Positions 19,528 to 29,090 of a stretch of DNA of 64,000 nt are shown here, in pieces. Location: IMG/VR virus record IMGVR_UViG_3300036045_000006; one strand, 5' to 3'. Within the stretch, counting starts at the first letter, position 1. Every line of letters begins with the position of its first letter. The DNA is from an uncultured virus (IMG/VR IMGVR_UViG_3300036045_000006). Its lineage: Duplodnaviria; Heunggongvirae; Uroviricota; Caudoviricetes. Below the pieces are notes generated by a model that saw only the letters and a list, made by a program, of their open reading frames with translations, ran no database searches and was not told the origin of the DNA. The translations under genes were made by a program, and so were the position numbers.

Positions 19528-19681
19528 TGTGTGTACCCTTCAGCCCGGCGGTTTACCTCCCCGCCGGGCACCGCGACAACCAACAGCAGGGACGGCGCTC
19601 CTCCGCTTTCCACCCGATCCACCTCTGCCAGACCTCCATGTGCGTTTCCCTTGATTGCCCATCGCCGTCCCTGTTTGTTTC
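19528..19681 (+). ncRNA. Candidate small RNA with two stems and CU-rich anti-SD loops
   Basis: Stem 19543-19551/19561-19569 with loop TTTACCTCC; stem ~19582-19597/19663-19679 enclosing a 65-nt pyrimidine-rich loop; T-rich end. Confidence 0.5.
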
Positions 19682-20376
19682 AGGAATGATCCCGTGACCA
19701 GATCGACCAGCGAATTCAACCGAAAATCCTGGCGCGAACTGGAACCCAGCCAGAGGCTGATCATCCGCCTTCAGATCGCAGCGGGCCGCGCCATGCTGCG
19801 GATGCTCAGGCCCCTGCTCAACAATTTATACAACAAGCTATCCAGCCTTAAGGAGTACCCTATGCCCGGTCCGGTATCAGACAGCCACGACCCCGAATTC
19901 GGCACAAACGCCAACGCAGCCGCAATCGCCGATGGCATCGAAGAAGTGATCGAGCGGATCAGCCAGCATCTCGGCAGCGAACTCAAGGACATCGTGGAGG
20001 TGGCCCTCGGCGACGATGGACCGGAATGCACACTCACACTCACAGAGCGCCAGCTCCGGCTGATCCGCTTCGGTCTGCGCCGCGCGCTGGAAAGTCTTTA
20101 ACATGAACCAGACTGACATCATGCACACTCTGCTGCTGGCCCTGGCACGATGACCGACACGGATCCCGAGACGGACATGGACACCCGCCGCGCCGCGGGC
20201 CGCTTCGTGGATAGCGTCATCAAAAGTATTGGCGACGACGAAGGCTTTCAAGGCCGGATTAAACTTCTGTCGCTGATCAAGGGGGATACCTCGTTCGAGG
20301 TCATCATCAAAATCCGCGTTATCGACGCCGCCGAGCAGATGCCCGGTAGCCTTCAGGTACAGTAGGAGACTATCGC

Positions 20377-20823
20377 ATGGGACTCTTGGATCAAATCACA
20401 AAGCTTTACGATGAGCTTAAACAAGCCATCACCACGGACGAAGAACTGAACGCCCGCATGGCCTTGTTTTTTGGAAGCGCCGATTTCGAACCCGGTCGGT
20501 CCGATGACCTGCTGTATAGGTTTTACCACCTCCTGGGCCTGATCGTGCAGCAGAATCAGCCTCCAAAGCCAGGCCCCGCGCTTCCTAAGCCCGAAAGAAA
20601 ACTGGTCGAGGTGCTTGACACGCTGAAGCTGCCGATGACTACAAAGCTGATGTTAGGCGCCTACTTTCCCGGCGCAATCGAGTGGCTGAAGGAAGTCGCT
20701 GGAGAATTCGGCCAGGTTATAGACACCACTCAAGGCCCGTACATCATGATCCTCAACCTCGAGCTGGGGTACGACGCCAATCAGGTGATCCAGTACCTGA
20801 CCAGCTACACGGAGCCGTCATGA
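20377..20823 (+). CDS. Hypothetical protein
   Basis: RBS AGGAG; last large ORF in a run of small genes before the terminator. Confidence 0.6.
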   Translation: MGLLDQITKLYDELKQAITTDEELNARMALFFGSADFEPGRSDDLLYRFYHLLGLIVQQNQPPKPGPALPKPERKLVEVLDTLKLPMTTKLMLGAYFPGAIEWLKEVAGEFGQVIDTTQGPYIMILNLELGYDANQVIQYLTSYTEPS

Positions 20824-20925
20824 CGCCATGCACCTGCGGCCACCCGTTCGCCAGATTCGACCCGGCCATCGATGACTACGTGTGCGAAAAATGCGGCGAA
20901 TGCGCCGGAACCGGGTACATCGTAT

Positions 20926-20959
20926 AAAAGCCTCCCCCCCTGTTATTGGGGGGATTTTC
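20926..20959 (+). terminator. Intrinsic terminator
   Basis: C-run/G-run stem followed by TTTT. Confidence 0.55.
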
Positions 20960-20973
20960 ATAAGCCCTATCGC

Positions 20974-21019
20974 TTGACAACTAAATTTAGTTGAGGTACA
21001 CTGTAACTAAGTTTAGTTA
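20974..21019 (+). promoter_or_regulatory. Sigma70 promoter with two palindromic operators (family C)
   Basis: TTGACA-17-TACACT; CAACTAAATTTAGTTG 20978-20993 and TAACTAAGTTTAGTTA 21004-21019. Confidence 0.85.
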
Positions 21020-21035
21020 ACACGAGGTCACACAC

Positions 21036-21743
21036 ATGAACACAGAGGCCGTCCGCACCGAAATCAAAAGCATCATCAGCGCGCTGCACAAGCAGCTTGG
21101 CAAGTTTGCGCGGAAGCAGTATCCGGTTGCTAAGTGGCAGGTCGAACGCCTCACGGCGCTTGGCATTATCGACCTGATGCCGAGTGGCTACGGCCATTCT
21201 GACGCTGCCCAAATCATCAAAGCAGCGGAAGACGCTGCTCGTCGAATTTGGGATGGCGGCGATGAATTTGGCGATTACGAAAATTATCCGGGATCGTCAC
21301 TCTGGCAGCTGCTCAACCAGCCTGTCGCGTCCGAACCGACCCCGGAAGCTGTTGCTGAACTGCCCGGCGCGGACGCGGCGCCATTCCCGGCAGCACACCA
21401 GGCGCACAGCGAATTCTGGCCGTATGGTGGCCACCGCTTTGATGCGTCGTGGGTAGCGCAGTCCCGCGCTGCACGCGAGCGACGTGAGCGCGAAGCCAAT
21501 GAGCGCCGGTGGCCGGTGCTGCGCCTGGCGCGCGAACTGGCCGAAGCCACCGGCGCGGATCAGGAAACGCACACTCGCTACCAAGTAGCGGTGGCGCTGC
21601 TGGACGATGCGCGGCACGGCGGCCTCTCGCCGGAAGGACGTCAGGCATATCTACAGGTCAGCGATGCGCTGAAAACCACACCAGCCGACTTGACTGAACT
21701 GCGCGCTCTGGTTGTCCGGATCGCAGACGAAGCGGGGGTCTAA
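21036..21743 (+). CDS. Hypothetical protein
   Basis: First gene after the family C promoter. Confidence 0.65.
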   Translation: MNTEAVRTEIKSIISALHKQLGKFARKQYPVAKWQVERLTALGIIDLMPSGYGHSDAAQIIKAAEDAARRIWDGGDEFGDYENYPGSSLWQLLNQPVASEPTPEAVAELPGADAAPFPAAHQAHSEFWPYGGHRFDASWVAQSRAARERREREANERRWPVLRLARELAEATGADQETHTRYQVAVALLDDARHGGLSPEGRQAYLQVSDALKTTPADLTELRALVVRIADEAGV

Positions 21744-21744
21744 G

Positions 21745-22725
21745 ATGTACGCATACGTGGCATCGTTCAGCGAATTCAGCGAGATGATCACTTCCACCGG
21801 TCTGGTCATTCGCGAGATCGAGCAGCCGGGCGGCACGACCACCTACACAGTGGTTGACCGCGACATCGCCAATGTCGATTATTGGATCGAGGACAACTGG
21901 GGCGACGCTGACAACACCGAAGTCAGCGACGAGGAGCTGGCGCGCTGGCTCCGTGAAGTCGGCGAGGAACTGCCCGCGGTCCCGGTGCTCCCGGCCAATT
22001 TGATCTTCATCAACCGCGACGAGCGGTATGGGGACGCCGTGCCGGGTACGCTGGAGCAGTACCAGACGTTGAACCCCGACGGTCAGTTTGACGCCCGTGC
22101 CGACGGGCTGTATGAAAAAGTAGGCGGTCGCTGGACCATGATCGCGGACGCGATCGACCGCCCGACGGACGGCCAGCTGGTCGAGGCCTGGATGCGTCAG
22201 TCTCCGCCACGGAGCCTGACTGAGGACGACGTGACCTATGCCCGGATGGCGGAAAACGTCATGTCGAACTACTTCAATCACGGTAGCGATTTTGAACTGG
22301 ACGAGGTGATTGGCTACCTCGCTGATGTCCATAAAAGCTACAATGCGCTTCTTGGACAGGTGAAACGGGGCTTTGCCGTGCTGGCCGGCTTCCTGCTTGT
22401 GCGTGGCGATCGCCAGTCAACCTGGAACGGATTCGATGTCCCGCAGGAAGCCGTCATCTGGAAGATTTATCCTGCGGGCTATAAGGCCACTGCCGAGCAG
22501 CACCAACTCTACTATCTAGTGAAGCCGGGTGATCTGATCACAGTCACCGAAGCGGCTAACCGGGTGTTCGGCAGCAGCGAACAGAAGCATATCGTTCGCA
22601 TGAGCCAGTTTATCCGCGATGGCCGCGTGCAGGTCTTCATCGACCGCGCCGAGCGCAATAGCCAGCGCAACAAACGTCTCAGCGCGATCGAAGTCGATCG
22701 CCTTCGCAAGTGGTACTACGCCTAA
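21745..22725 (+). CDS. Hypothetical protein with a probable C-terminal HTH
   Basis: C-terminal LITVTEAANRVFG...MSQFIRDGRV. Confidence 0.6.
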   Translation: MYAYVASFSEFSEMITSTGLVIREIEQPGGTTTYTVVDRDIANVDYWIEDNWGDADNTEVSDEELARWLREVGEELPAVPVLPANLIFINRDERYGDAVPGTLEQYQTLNPDGQFDARADGLYEKVGGRWTMIADAIDRPTDGQLVEAWMRQSPPRSLTEDDVTYARMAENVMSNYFNHGSDFELDEVIGYLADVHKSYNALLGQVKRGFAVLAGFLLVRGDRQSTWNGFDVPQEAVIWKIYPAGYKATAEQHQLYYLVKPGDLITVTEAANRVFGSSEQKHIVRMSQFIRDGRVQVFIDRAERNSQRNKRLSAIEVDRLRKWYYA

Positions 22726-22727
22726 TC

Positions 22728-23888
22728 ATGAGCATCCTCGACGACTTCGCCAACCCAGCGCTGACCGCCGACCAAGCGGTCGCGCTGGTCTATCACCAGC
22801 CCGCTTTGTGCTGGACCGCAGAGACCGCGTGGATCGCGTCTCGCACCGGGCACACGATTGTGATGGGCGGCATGGGCATCCAGGACATGATCCTGGACGT
22901 TCGGCATCCCGGTATGCGCAACCTGATCGAGGCGGTCAGGATCGCCCGCGAGATGCCGCCCAAAACCTGGCGCGGCCTGGATGTGCGTCACGTGCAGGAT
23001 GGTGCGTTTGAAGCCCTCGCTTCTCTGGATGCCGCCTCCGGTCTGCTCAGCCAGGAGGTATTCGACTTCCTGACGTTTCGGGATCGCCCCGGCGCGAAGT
23101 GCGACGTTGGCGTGCCCCTGGGCTTGGTACACATCAAACCGGACAACACGGTTTCGATCAGCGTCGATCGAATGCTGGGGCTGGATGTCGAGCAGTCCCG
23201 GCTGGCGCTGGCATTCGCAGACACGCTGGTGCAGGAAGCGGAGCCGCACCGCCACCGGCTGCCAATCGGCACGTACATCATGGAGCCGGTCCGGATCGAC
23301 GCCATCGACCGGGACCTGATCTGGGACGCGCTCCGGATCGTCCTGTCGCCTACTGGCATTCTCGCGTCATTTGTCAGCGAGAGCGAAGGATTTTACGCGC
23401 CCGTCTTCTGGACGCCGGAAGGTGTCACCACCGCGCAGGTCCACACCAGCGCGACGGCGGCCATCGCCATTACGGTGATGCTCTCGGCGCTTTGGCGCGA
23501 CGCCTGTGTCGTCAAAGAAGAATGGCGCGAACAGCAGGCACGCCGCCCGCTGGAGATGAAACGCGCATCATCCAGCGGCAAACCTAAACCGGGCGCGCTC
23601 GTCCTGCCTCGCAAAATTGTTCACATCCGATGGTCGCAGCGCGCCGAGCGGGAGTATATCGAACGCCGGGCGCATGGCGTTCGCGGATTTTATAGAGCGC
23701 TCACAGTCTCGGAGACTGCGCCTGCTGAAGCAGCCGATCGCGCGCAGCAGTTCGGTTACCCGCCGCCGCCGATCGGATACACATTCGTGCGTCCGCATAC
23801 GCGGGGACGCGGTGACGGCGACCATGAACCCGTGCGGCGGATCGTCTGCCGCGGCCTGCAAAGCCTGAAAATTGCTTTAGGGATATAA
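22728..23888 (+). CDS. Phage hypothetical protein with C-terminal HxVRG motif
   Basis: HGVRGFYR...FVRPHTRG, a motif I recall from uncharacterised phage proteins. Confidence 0.6.
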   Translation: MSILDDFANPALTADQAVALVYHQPALCWTAETAWIASRTGHTIVMGGMGIQDMILDVRHPGMRNLIEAVRIAREMPPKTWRGLDVRHVQDGAFEALASLDAASGLLSQEVFDFLTFRDRPGAKCDVGVPLGLVHIKPDNTVSISVDRMLGLDVEQSRLALAFADTLVQEAEPHRHRLPIGTYIMEPVRIDAIDRDLIWDALRIVLSPTGILASFVSESEGFYAPVFWTPEGVTTAQVHTSATAAIAITVMLSALWRDACVVKEEWREQQARRPLEMKRASSSGKPKPGALVLPRKIVHIRWSQRAEREYIERRAHGVRGFYRALTVSETAPAEAADRAQQFGYPPPPIGYTFVRPHTRGRGDGDHEPVRRIVCRGLQSLKIALGI

Positions 23889-23905
23889 TACGTTCAGGAG
23901 GCCCT

Positions 23906-24268
23906 ATGAAGCCACGAACCCTGATACTCCTGGCCATTACCCTGATCGCCGCGCTGGCCGCGTTTGCCATCGGCATGTCGCAGTCCCAGCAGAGCGCGAT
24001 CCCCACGCTGGCTGATCTCGAAGCGCTCACCGCACCGACCGACACCCTCACACCCACGCTGACGCTGACCGCCAGCCCCATGCCCAGCCGAACACCAACC
24101 GAAGCGCCCAGGCCAACACGGCGGCCGCAGGTGTCGTCCTGTCCATCCAGCAGCCCGACCTGCGGATCGCTCTCGTCGTGCAGTCAGGCCCGCGCCTGTT
24201 TGGCTGCTGGTCATCGCCATCTCGATCGCGATCGGGATGGTATTCCTTGCGAAAGCCTGTGCGGATAA
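23906..24268 (+). CDS. Exported Excalibur calcium-binding domain protein
   Basis: Signal/TM segment, Pro/Thr linker, TCGSLSSCSQARAC...LDRDRDGIPCESLC. Confidence 0.85.
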   Translation: MKPRTLILLAITLIAALAAFAIGMSQSQQSAIPTLADLEALTAPTDTLTPTLTLTASPMPSRTPTEAPRPTRRPQVSSCPSSSPTCGSLSSCSQARACLAAGHRHLDRDRDGIPCESLCG

Positions 24269-24299
24269 AAAAAGCCCCGACATCAGCCGGGGCTTCTTA
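24266..24299. terminator. Bidirectional terminator between convergent genes
   Basis: AAGCCCCG 24272-24279 / CGGGGCTT 24288-24295, flanked by A- and T-rich tracts. Confidence 0.8.
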
Positions 24300-25844
24300 T
24301 CCCATCCTCTTCATCGTGTCGATCAGCCGATCAACATCCAGGTCGGGGAACTTCTTCTGCAGAACGTGACGGCCGACAAGGCTGTACGTCCACTTGCCAT
24401 ACACATTTTGGTATTCGATCAGGCCCAGCTCGGCCAGGTTTTTCGGTCGATGCTTCGCCAGCGTCGTGCTGCTCACCCCAATAAAACGTGCCATTTCATT
24501 CTCGTTGAATGTGCTGGTCGGATGCTTCGCCAGCAGCGCCAGAACGCGACGGTGAGAGGGCGGCGTCCCGCGCACCGTCGCCATCAGTCCATCAAACACC
24601 TTCTGCTGATGACGACGCGCCCGCTCGTCTGCGATCGGGGTCCGATACGGCGCCTCCGGATCAACGGGTGCAGCGACAGGCGCTGCACTTGCCTGCGCGT
24701 GGGCACTGTTGACCGGCGCAGCCACGGGTGCAGATGCAGACGACGGTAGAGAGGTCACCAGCTGCGCAGCCTCGATGCGTTCTGTCTGGAGTATCGTCGG
24801 CAGCTGCATCTCGACCGAGAGCTTGAACGCGCTGAGCATCTCGATCTGAGACCGCATCTGCTCGGCCTGGGCTTCCAGTTCAGCCACCCGCGCGGCGTGC
24901 GCCTCGCGTTCTCTGGCCTGCGCTTCCTGGAGCTGCCGGATCTGCTGGCGCAGCTGATCCGCCTCGCTGATGGGAGCGCTCGACATCTTCAGCGCCTCGA
25001 ACATCGCCGGGTCGATCGGGCGCAGCGGCGATGACCGGATCACCGGCTGCGCGTTTTCAGACGACGTGAATGCCGGACGGATCTGCACGGTCAGATATTC
25101 CTCGCCACCGATCCACTCCTCTGTGCCGATTACCAGCGCCTGACCGCGCGGCGCTTTCTTCACTTTGGAAAGCAGTTCCTTATCGCTGAAGGGCGTCATC
25201 TTCGCAAATGGTGCCACGTCGTGCGTCGCCCAAACGCTATGAAGGACAAAAGCGCTCGTTTGGTTAAACACGTCCTTGGTCAGGCTGGCCGGACGCTGCG
25301 TCGCCACCAGCAGGCTCAGGCCGGTGAAGCGTCCGCGTTTGGCGATATCGATCAGCAGTTCGCTGGTCGGCGTCACGGTCGTCTGCGGCGCGAATTCGTG
25401 CGCCTCGTCGATCAGCAGCACGTATGGCTGCGCCGGCTCCGTCCTGAACTGGACATCCCACAGCGCGTCAAGATAGGCGGCCAGCACCGTCTGACGCTCC
25501 GGGTTCGTGTCCGTGTCCTTGTACCAGGACAGATCGAGCACGGCGCACAGCCGGTCGCGCGCGCAGAGGCGGCCCAGCTCGGCAGCATTGTCGACGGTGA
25601 TCTCGAAGTGGGACAGCGCCCGGCGTCCGACGTGAAGCACGGGCAGATCATCCTTGAGGCGATCAGCCTGCCGGTTCGGGTCGATGAATGTGAAGGGGAT
25701 GCCCGCGGCCGCCAGTTCCTGCGCGATCACCAGCAGCGTGTTGGTCTTGCCACTGCCACTGCGTCCGATAATCGTCAGGCGTTGGCCCTCCTTCTGGAAG
25801 ACCTCGGCGGTTGGGCAGAACGTGCCGTTCAGATCAAGGTGCAT
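24297..25844 (-). CDS. HerA/FtsK-superfamily ATPase with coiled coil and C-terminal HTH
   Basis: IIGRSGSGKT, LLIDEAHEFAPQ, IAKRGRFTGLSLLVATQRPA. Confidence 0.88.
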   Translation of the reverse strand: MHLDLNGTFCPTAEVFQKEGQRLTIIGRSGSGKTNTLLVIAQELAAAGIPFTFIDPNRQADRLKDDLPVLHVGRRALSHFEITVDNAAELGRLCARDRLCAVLDLSWYKDTDTNPERQTVLAAYLDALWDVQFRTEPAQPYVLLIDEAHEFAPQTTVTPTSELLIDIAKRGRFTGLSLLVATQRPASLTKDVFNQTSAFVLHSVWATHDVAPFAKMTPFSDKELLSKVKKAPRGQALVIGTEEWIGGEEYLTVQIRPAFTSSENAQPVIRSSPLRPIDPAMFEALKMSSAPISEADQLRQQIRQLQEAQAREREAHAARVAELEAQAEQMRSQIEMLSAFKLSVEMQLPTILQTERIEAAQLVTSLPSSASAPVAAPVNSAHAQASAAPVAAPVDPEAPYRTPIADERARRHQQKVFDGLMATVRGTPPSHRRVLALLAKHPTSTFNENEMARFIGVSSTTLAKHRPKNLAELGLIEYQNVYGKWTYSLVGRHVLQKKFPDLDVDRLIDTMKRMG

Positions 25845-25851
25845 TCGTCTA

Positions 25852-26472
25852 TTATACTCGAACAGCTTCCCGCTTGCCGGTCACCGGGTTGATCCAGATG
25901 AGATGGTTCTTTGTTGTCCATTCAATCGTGAAGTCGCCGCGTCGATAGACGCCACGATGTCCGGCAATCTCAGCCTGTGGGACAAACACGATGGGCAAAT
26001 CCCAGACATCGAGCTTATCGATCGGTCGCCCCTGCGTGATGCGCGGGGGCACCGTGCGAAGATTGAACGGCGTCCTGACGGTCATCAGATCGATCAGGAG
26101 GCCCGCCGAGATCATCAGCTGGTCATCTCGCTTGGTCGCGAAGGGCGGTGAATTCTGCCAGACGTGCCGATTGACAAACTGTATCAGCGTATCCAGTTTC
26201 CGTCGCACAAACCTGGCAGGCACGACATCCCAGTCCAGCGCCGGGTCGTCGCGTCTCTTAAATCTCCTCCAAATGATGAAAGAGTCCTCGCCGTTAGCCT
26301 CCAGCCAGGACTGTGGAAACGTATGGGCAAAGTGAATTACATCAAGGAAGTTGTAGGTTCTGTTATATATGCCGTAGCCGATCACTTTGATCGGGTCGCC
26401 ATCCGGCATGTCATAGGTCACCCATACGGGGTCTGCTGATAACTTTGGATCAGGGTTGTTCATCGCGGTCAT
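25852..26472 (-). CDS. Hypothetical protein
   Basis: ATG 26472 preceded by a purine-rich RBS. Confidence 0.6.
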   Translation of the reverse strand: MTAMNNPDPKLSADPVWVTYDMPDGDPIKVIGYGIYNRTYNFLDVIHFAHTFPQSWLEANGEDSFIIWRRFKRRDDPALDWDVVPARFVRRKLDTLIQFVNRHVWQNSPPFATKRDDQLMISAGLLIDLMTVRTPFNLRTVPPRITQGRPIDKLDVWDLPIVFVPQAEIAGHRGVYRRGDFTIEWTTKNHLIWINPVTGKREAVRV

Positions 26473-26608
26473 AAGCCCTCTTTGGGATAAAGCCCCCTGC
26501 CCCACTCCCGATCGGGGCCTCGTAATGCTGCGCGGCTTCCCTCAGAAGTGCGCAAAAAACGATCGGCCCGTGACAGAGTAGGGCAGGGGAGGGGTACGTT
26601 TGGGATAT

Positions 26609-27712
26609 TTATTTGCTTCTGGCAGCACGAACCATCTTCACCCACTGCTCGATAGCATCCAAATCGGCATCCTTGATCCTGGCGATGTCGTCGCTCTGAA
26701 CACGCCGAAATGTCGCCGCAAAACGTTTCTTCACACGCGGATCGGCGAGCGGCGGGTTCCAGATGTCACGAGCAGCCGGGCGCTCTGGCTGCTGTTGGCG
26801 CGTTATGTTCGGTGCATCGAACATATCTTTTTGTTTGTTGAGTGCTCGGCCTAATGACCACCGCTGATCGTCTGCCATGTTCCACGCCTCTGGCGGAAGT
26901 TGCAGCACCTCCCGATAGTCGGAGAGCATCGAGCGCGCCGTCAACCCCATCGCACTCAGCAGCATGTCGCCCTTGCCTCTGGGCACACGCAGGTCAAGCG
27001 CCTGCGCATAAAACGCCTGGTCGCTGGCGCACTGGTCGTAAGGGGTGAAAGGCCGGTCAGGGTGCAGCGCCATCATCAGGATCGCATACTGTCGAGCCCG
27101 GCCAATGGCTGACAGATCGGCGCGCGCATTGTTCTCAGCCGCCTGCCGCCACACATCCAGCTCGCTCATCACACGCGCGGGGATATGTCGCCATTTGGCA
27201 TCGGGCAGCATCTGATACAGTAAATGATAGGCCAGCCACCGACGCTCACCGGTCTCCAGTTGATAGCGCTTATTGCCCAGGTTGATCACAGTGATCGGGT
27301 TGGTCAAACCATCGCGGCGAATGCTGGCAGCCAATGCTGCCAGCTCTATCAGCGCCTGGAGCGCCGGGTTGTTGTTCACGACCAGCGCCTCAGTATCGCC
27401 ATCGCCGTTCACGATAGCTACCAGCACATCCCGGACATCTGGCAGGTCGACAGCGGCGGCATTGACTAACGCGCCGAACACGTCCTCCATCGAGGCATAG
27501 TCGCTGTACCGACCCAGGTCACTGGGCAGGATACGCCGCGGCTGCGCGGGATCCGGGGAGATGCTGAAGATATCGATCACATCGGCGGTGATCCGCTGGT
27601 TGCCCGGCAGGTGGGAGTTAAGCGCCGCCAGCGTGGGCGCGGGCGCCGTGCCGGAGCCGCCGAAGTGACTACCTGCGGTCTGCTGGTTAATCACGTTAGG
27701 CTTCCTGCTCAT
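26609..27712 (-). CDS. parB: ParB-family partition protein
   Basis: ISPDPAQPRR, GLTNPITV, LETGERRWLA (GxRR box), AENNARADL. Confidence 0.9.
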   Translation of the reverse strand: MSRKPNVINQQTAGSHFGGSGTAPAPTLAALNSHLPGNQRITADVIDIFSISPDPAQPRRILPSDLGRYSDYASMEDVFGALVNAAAVDLPDVRDVLVAIVNGDGDTEALVVNNNPALQALIELAALAASIRRDGLTNPITVINLGNKRYQLETGERRWLAYHLLYQMLPDAKWRHIPARVMSELDVWRQAAENNARADLSAIGRARQYAILMMALHPDRPFTPYDQCASDQAFYAQALDLRVPRGKGDMLLSAMGLTARSMLSDYREVLQLPPEAWNMADDQRWSLGRALNKQKDMFDAPNITRQQQPERPAARDIWNPPLADPRVKKRFAATFRRVQSDDIARIKDADLDAIEQWVKMVRAARSK

Positions 27713-28557
27713 GACATAACCGCCTCAGGATTTTCCTCCGGCTTCGGCGGGGTCAGCGCGGCAATCAGGCGATCCACGATGGCCAGCATTTCGGCCTCTT
27801 CCGGGCCGCCATGCAGGTAGCTGTACATCAGCTGTCCGTACTTGGTCGCCGTGCTCCAGGCTTCGCGCTGGGTGAGCATCGGCCACACCAGGCCCTCGAA
27901 GTAGCGACCCAGGTCCTGGATGTTGTCCCGTTGATTGTTGGTGCTGTGACGGTACTTGTTCGGGATGATGCCGAGCATCTCCGTGGCAGGCAGCTTCATG
28001 CGGACCTTCTCGCGATTGATCGCCTCGATCTCCGTCAGCGACTCGTTGAGGCCGTCGAAGCTGAGGCTTGCGCATTCGGTCACGTACACGAAACCGTCAG
28101 CCGCCACGTTCACCGAACCGTCAAACATCGACGCAGTCGGGCCGGTATCAATCACCACCAGATCGAGATTGAGCATGGCGATCATATCGTCGATGACGTT
28201 GCTGAAGCGAAACGGGTTCTGTTGCTCATATGGGATTAGCGCGGTGCGCTTGTCGCCCGGCAGCAGGTACAGTGCGCTTTCGAGCGGCGCGCCCGGTGGG
28301 GTGAAGCGCATCGGGTCCACCACATAAATCATTTCCGCCAGCGATGCGTCAGCGCACATCACATTGTACAGGCCGTCCATCTTCGGTAGCCCGACGAGGA
28401 GTGCATCATGGCCCTGAGCATCGGTATCGACCAGCGCCACGCGATACCCGCGCAGCGCGATCCCGGCAGCGATATGCGTGGCGACGGTCGTCTTGCCGAC
28501 ACCGCCCTTGCGGTTGGCGATCACGATGCGCTTTTTCGTGAATTCCTGCTTATCCAT
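27709..28557 (-). CDS. parA: ParA-family partition ATPase
   Basis: Deviant Walker A ANRKGGVGKTT, LVDTDAQG, VVIDTGP; coupled to parB. Confidence 0.95.
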   Translation of the reverse strand: MDKQEFTKKRIVIANRKGGVGKTTVATHIAAGIALRGYRVALVDTDAQGHDALLVGLPKMDGLYNVMCADASLAEMIYVVDPMRFTPPGAPLESALYLLPGDKRTALIPYEQQNPFRFSNVIDDMIAMLNLDLVVIDTGPTASMFDGSVNVAADGFVYVTECASLSFDGLNESLTEIEAINREKVRMKLPATEMLGIIPNKYRHSTNNQRDNIQDLGRYFEGLVWPMLTQREAWSTATKYGQLMYSYLHGGPEEAEMLAIVDRLIAALTPPKPEENPEAVMS

Positions 28558-29090
28558 TATCCTGTCTCCCTTCGGTTTGAATGTGTTATACTTGCGTGTG
28601 TGCGGGGTTGGTCTCCCTTCCTCCGCGTAAGCCAGCCCGCCCACCGGGCTGTTCTTATTTTAGTCGAACGATAAGCTCCAGGTCATCCAGACGCTGCGTC
28701 AGTTCCTGAATGCGCTGCGCCTGCTGGTCCAGACGATCCTGGAGGGGTTTGGTACGCGCCTCGATCGCGGCATTTACCGCCTCAGCCTGCTGGCGGGCGA
28801 TGGCCTGGATCAACTCGCGGTCACGGCTTGGGTCTGGCCCCATCACTTGTCTTGTCCTTGATAAACGTCAGCAGGGTATAACCGCGCTGAAGACCGCGGC
28901 CGCGTTCGTCCTGCTGCTTGTCGAGCCGGAAGCCCTTGGACATCCACTTCTCAATCGCCTTTTTGATTCGGCGGTTGTCCGGGTTGCCGAAGATGCCATG
29001 CCCGACGCGAACGAGTTTGACATTGCCTTTGCGTGCCATGCGATGATGCTCCTGATGCAGTTCCGCGACACGCCCGATTGTATACGGCGC

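Noticed and set aside
25818..25830. GAACGTGCCGTTC as a LexA box
   Set aside because: Spacer is 5 nt rather than 4, and it lies inside a coding region.
26805..26824. Near-palindrome ATGTTCGGTGCATCGAACAT inside parB as parS (similar sequence near 2280-2297)
   Set aside because: Only one loose second copy found by eye; insufficient without a motif scan.
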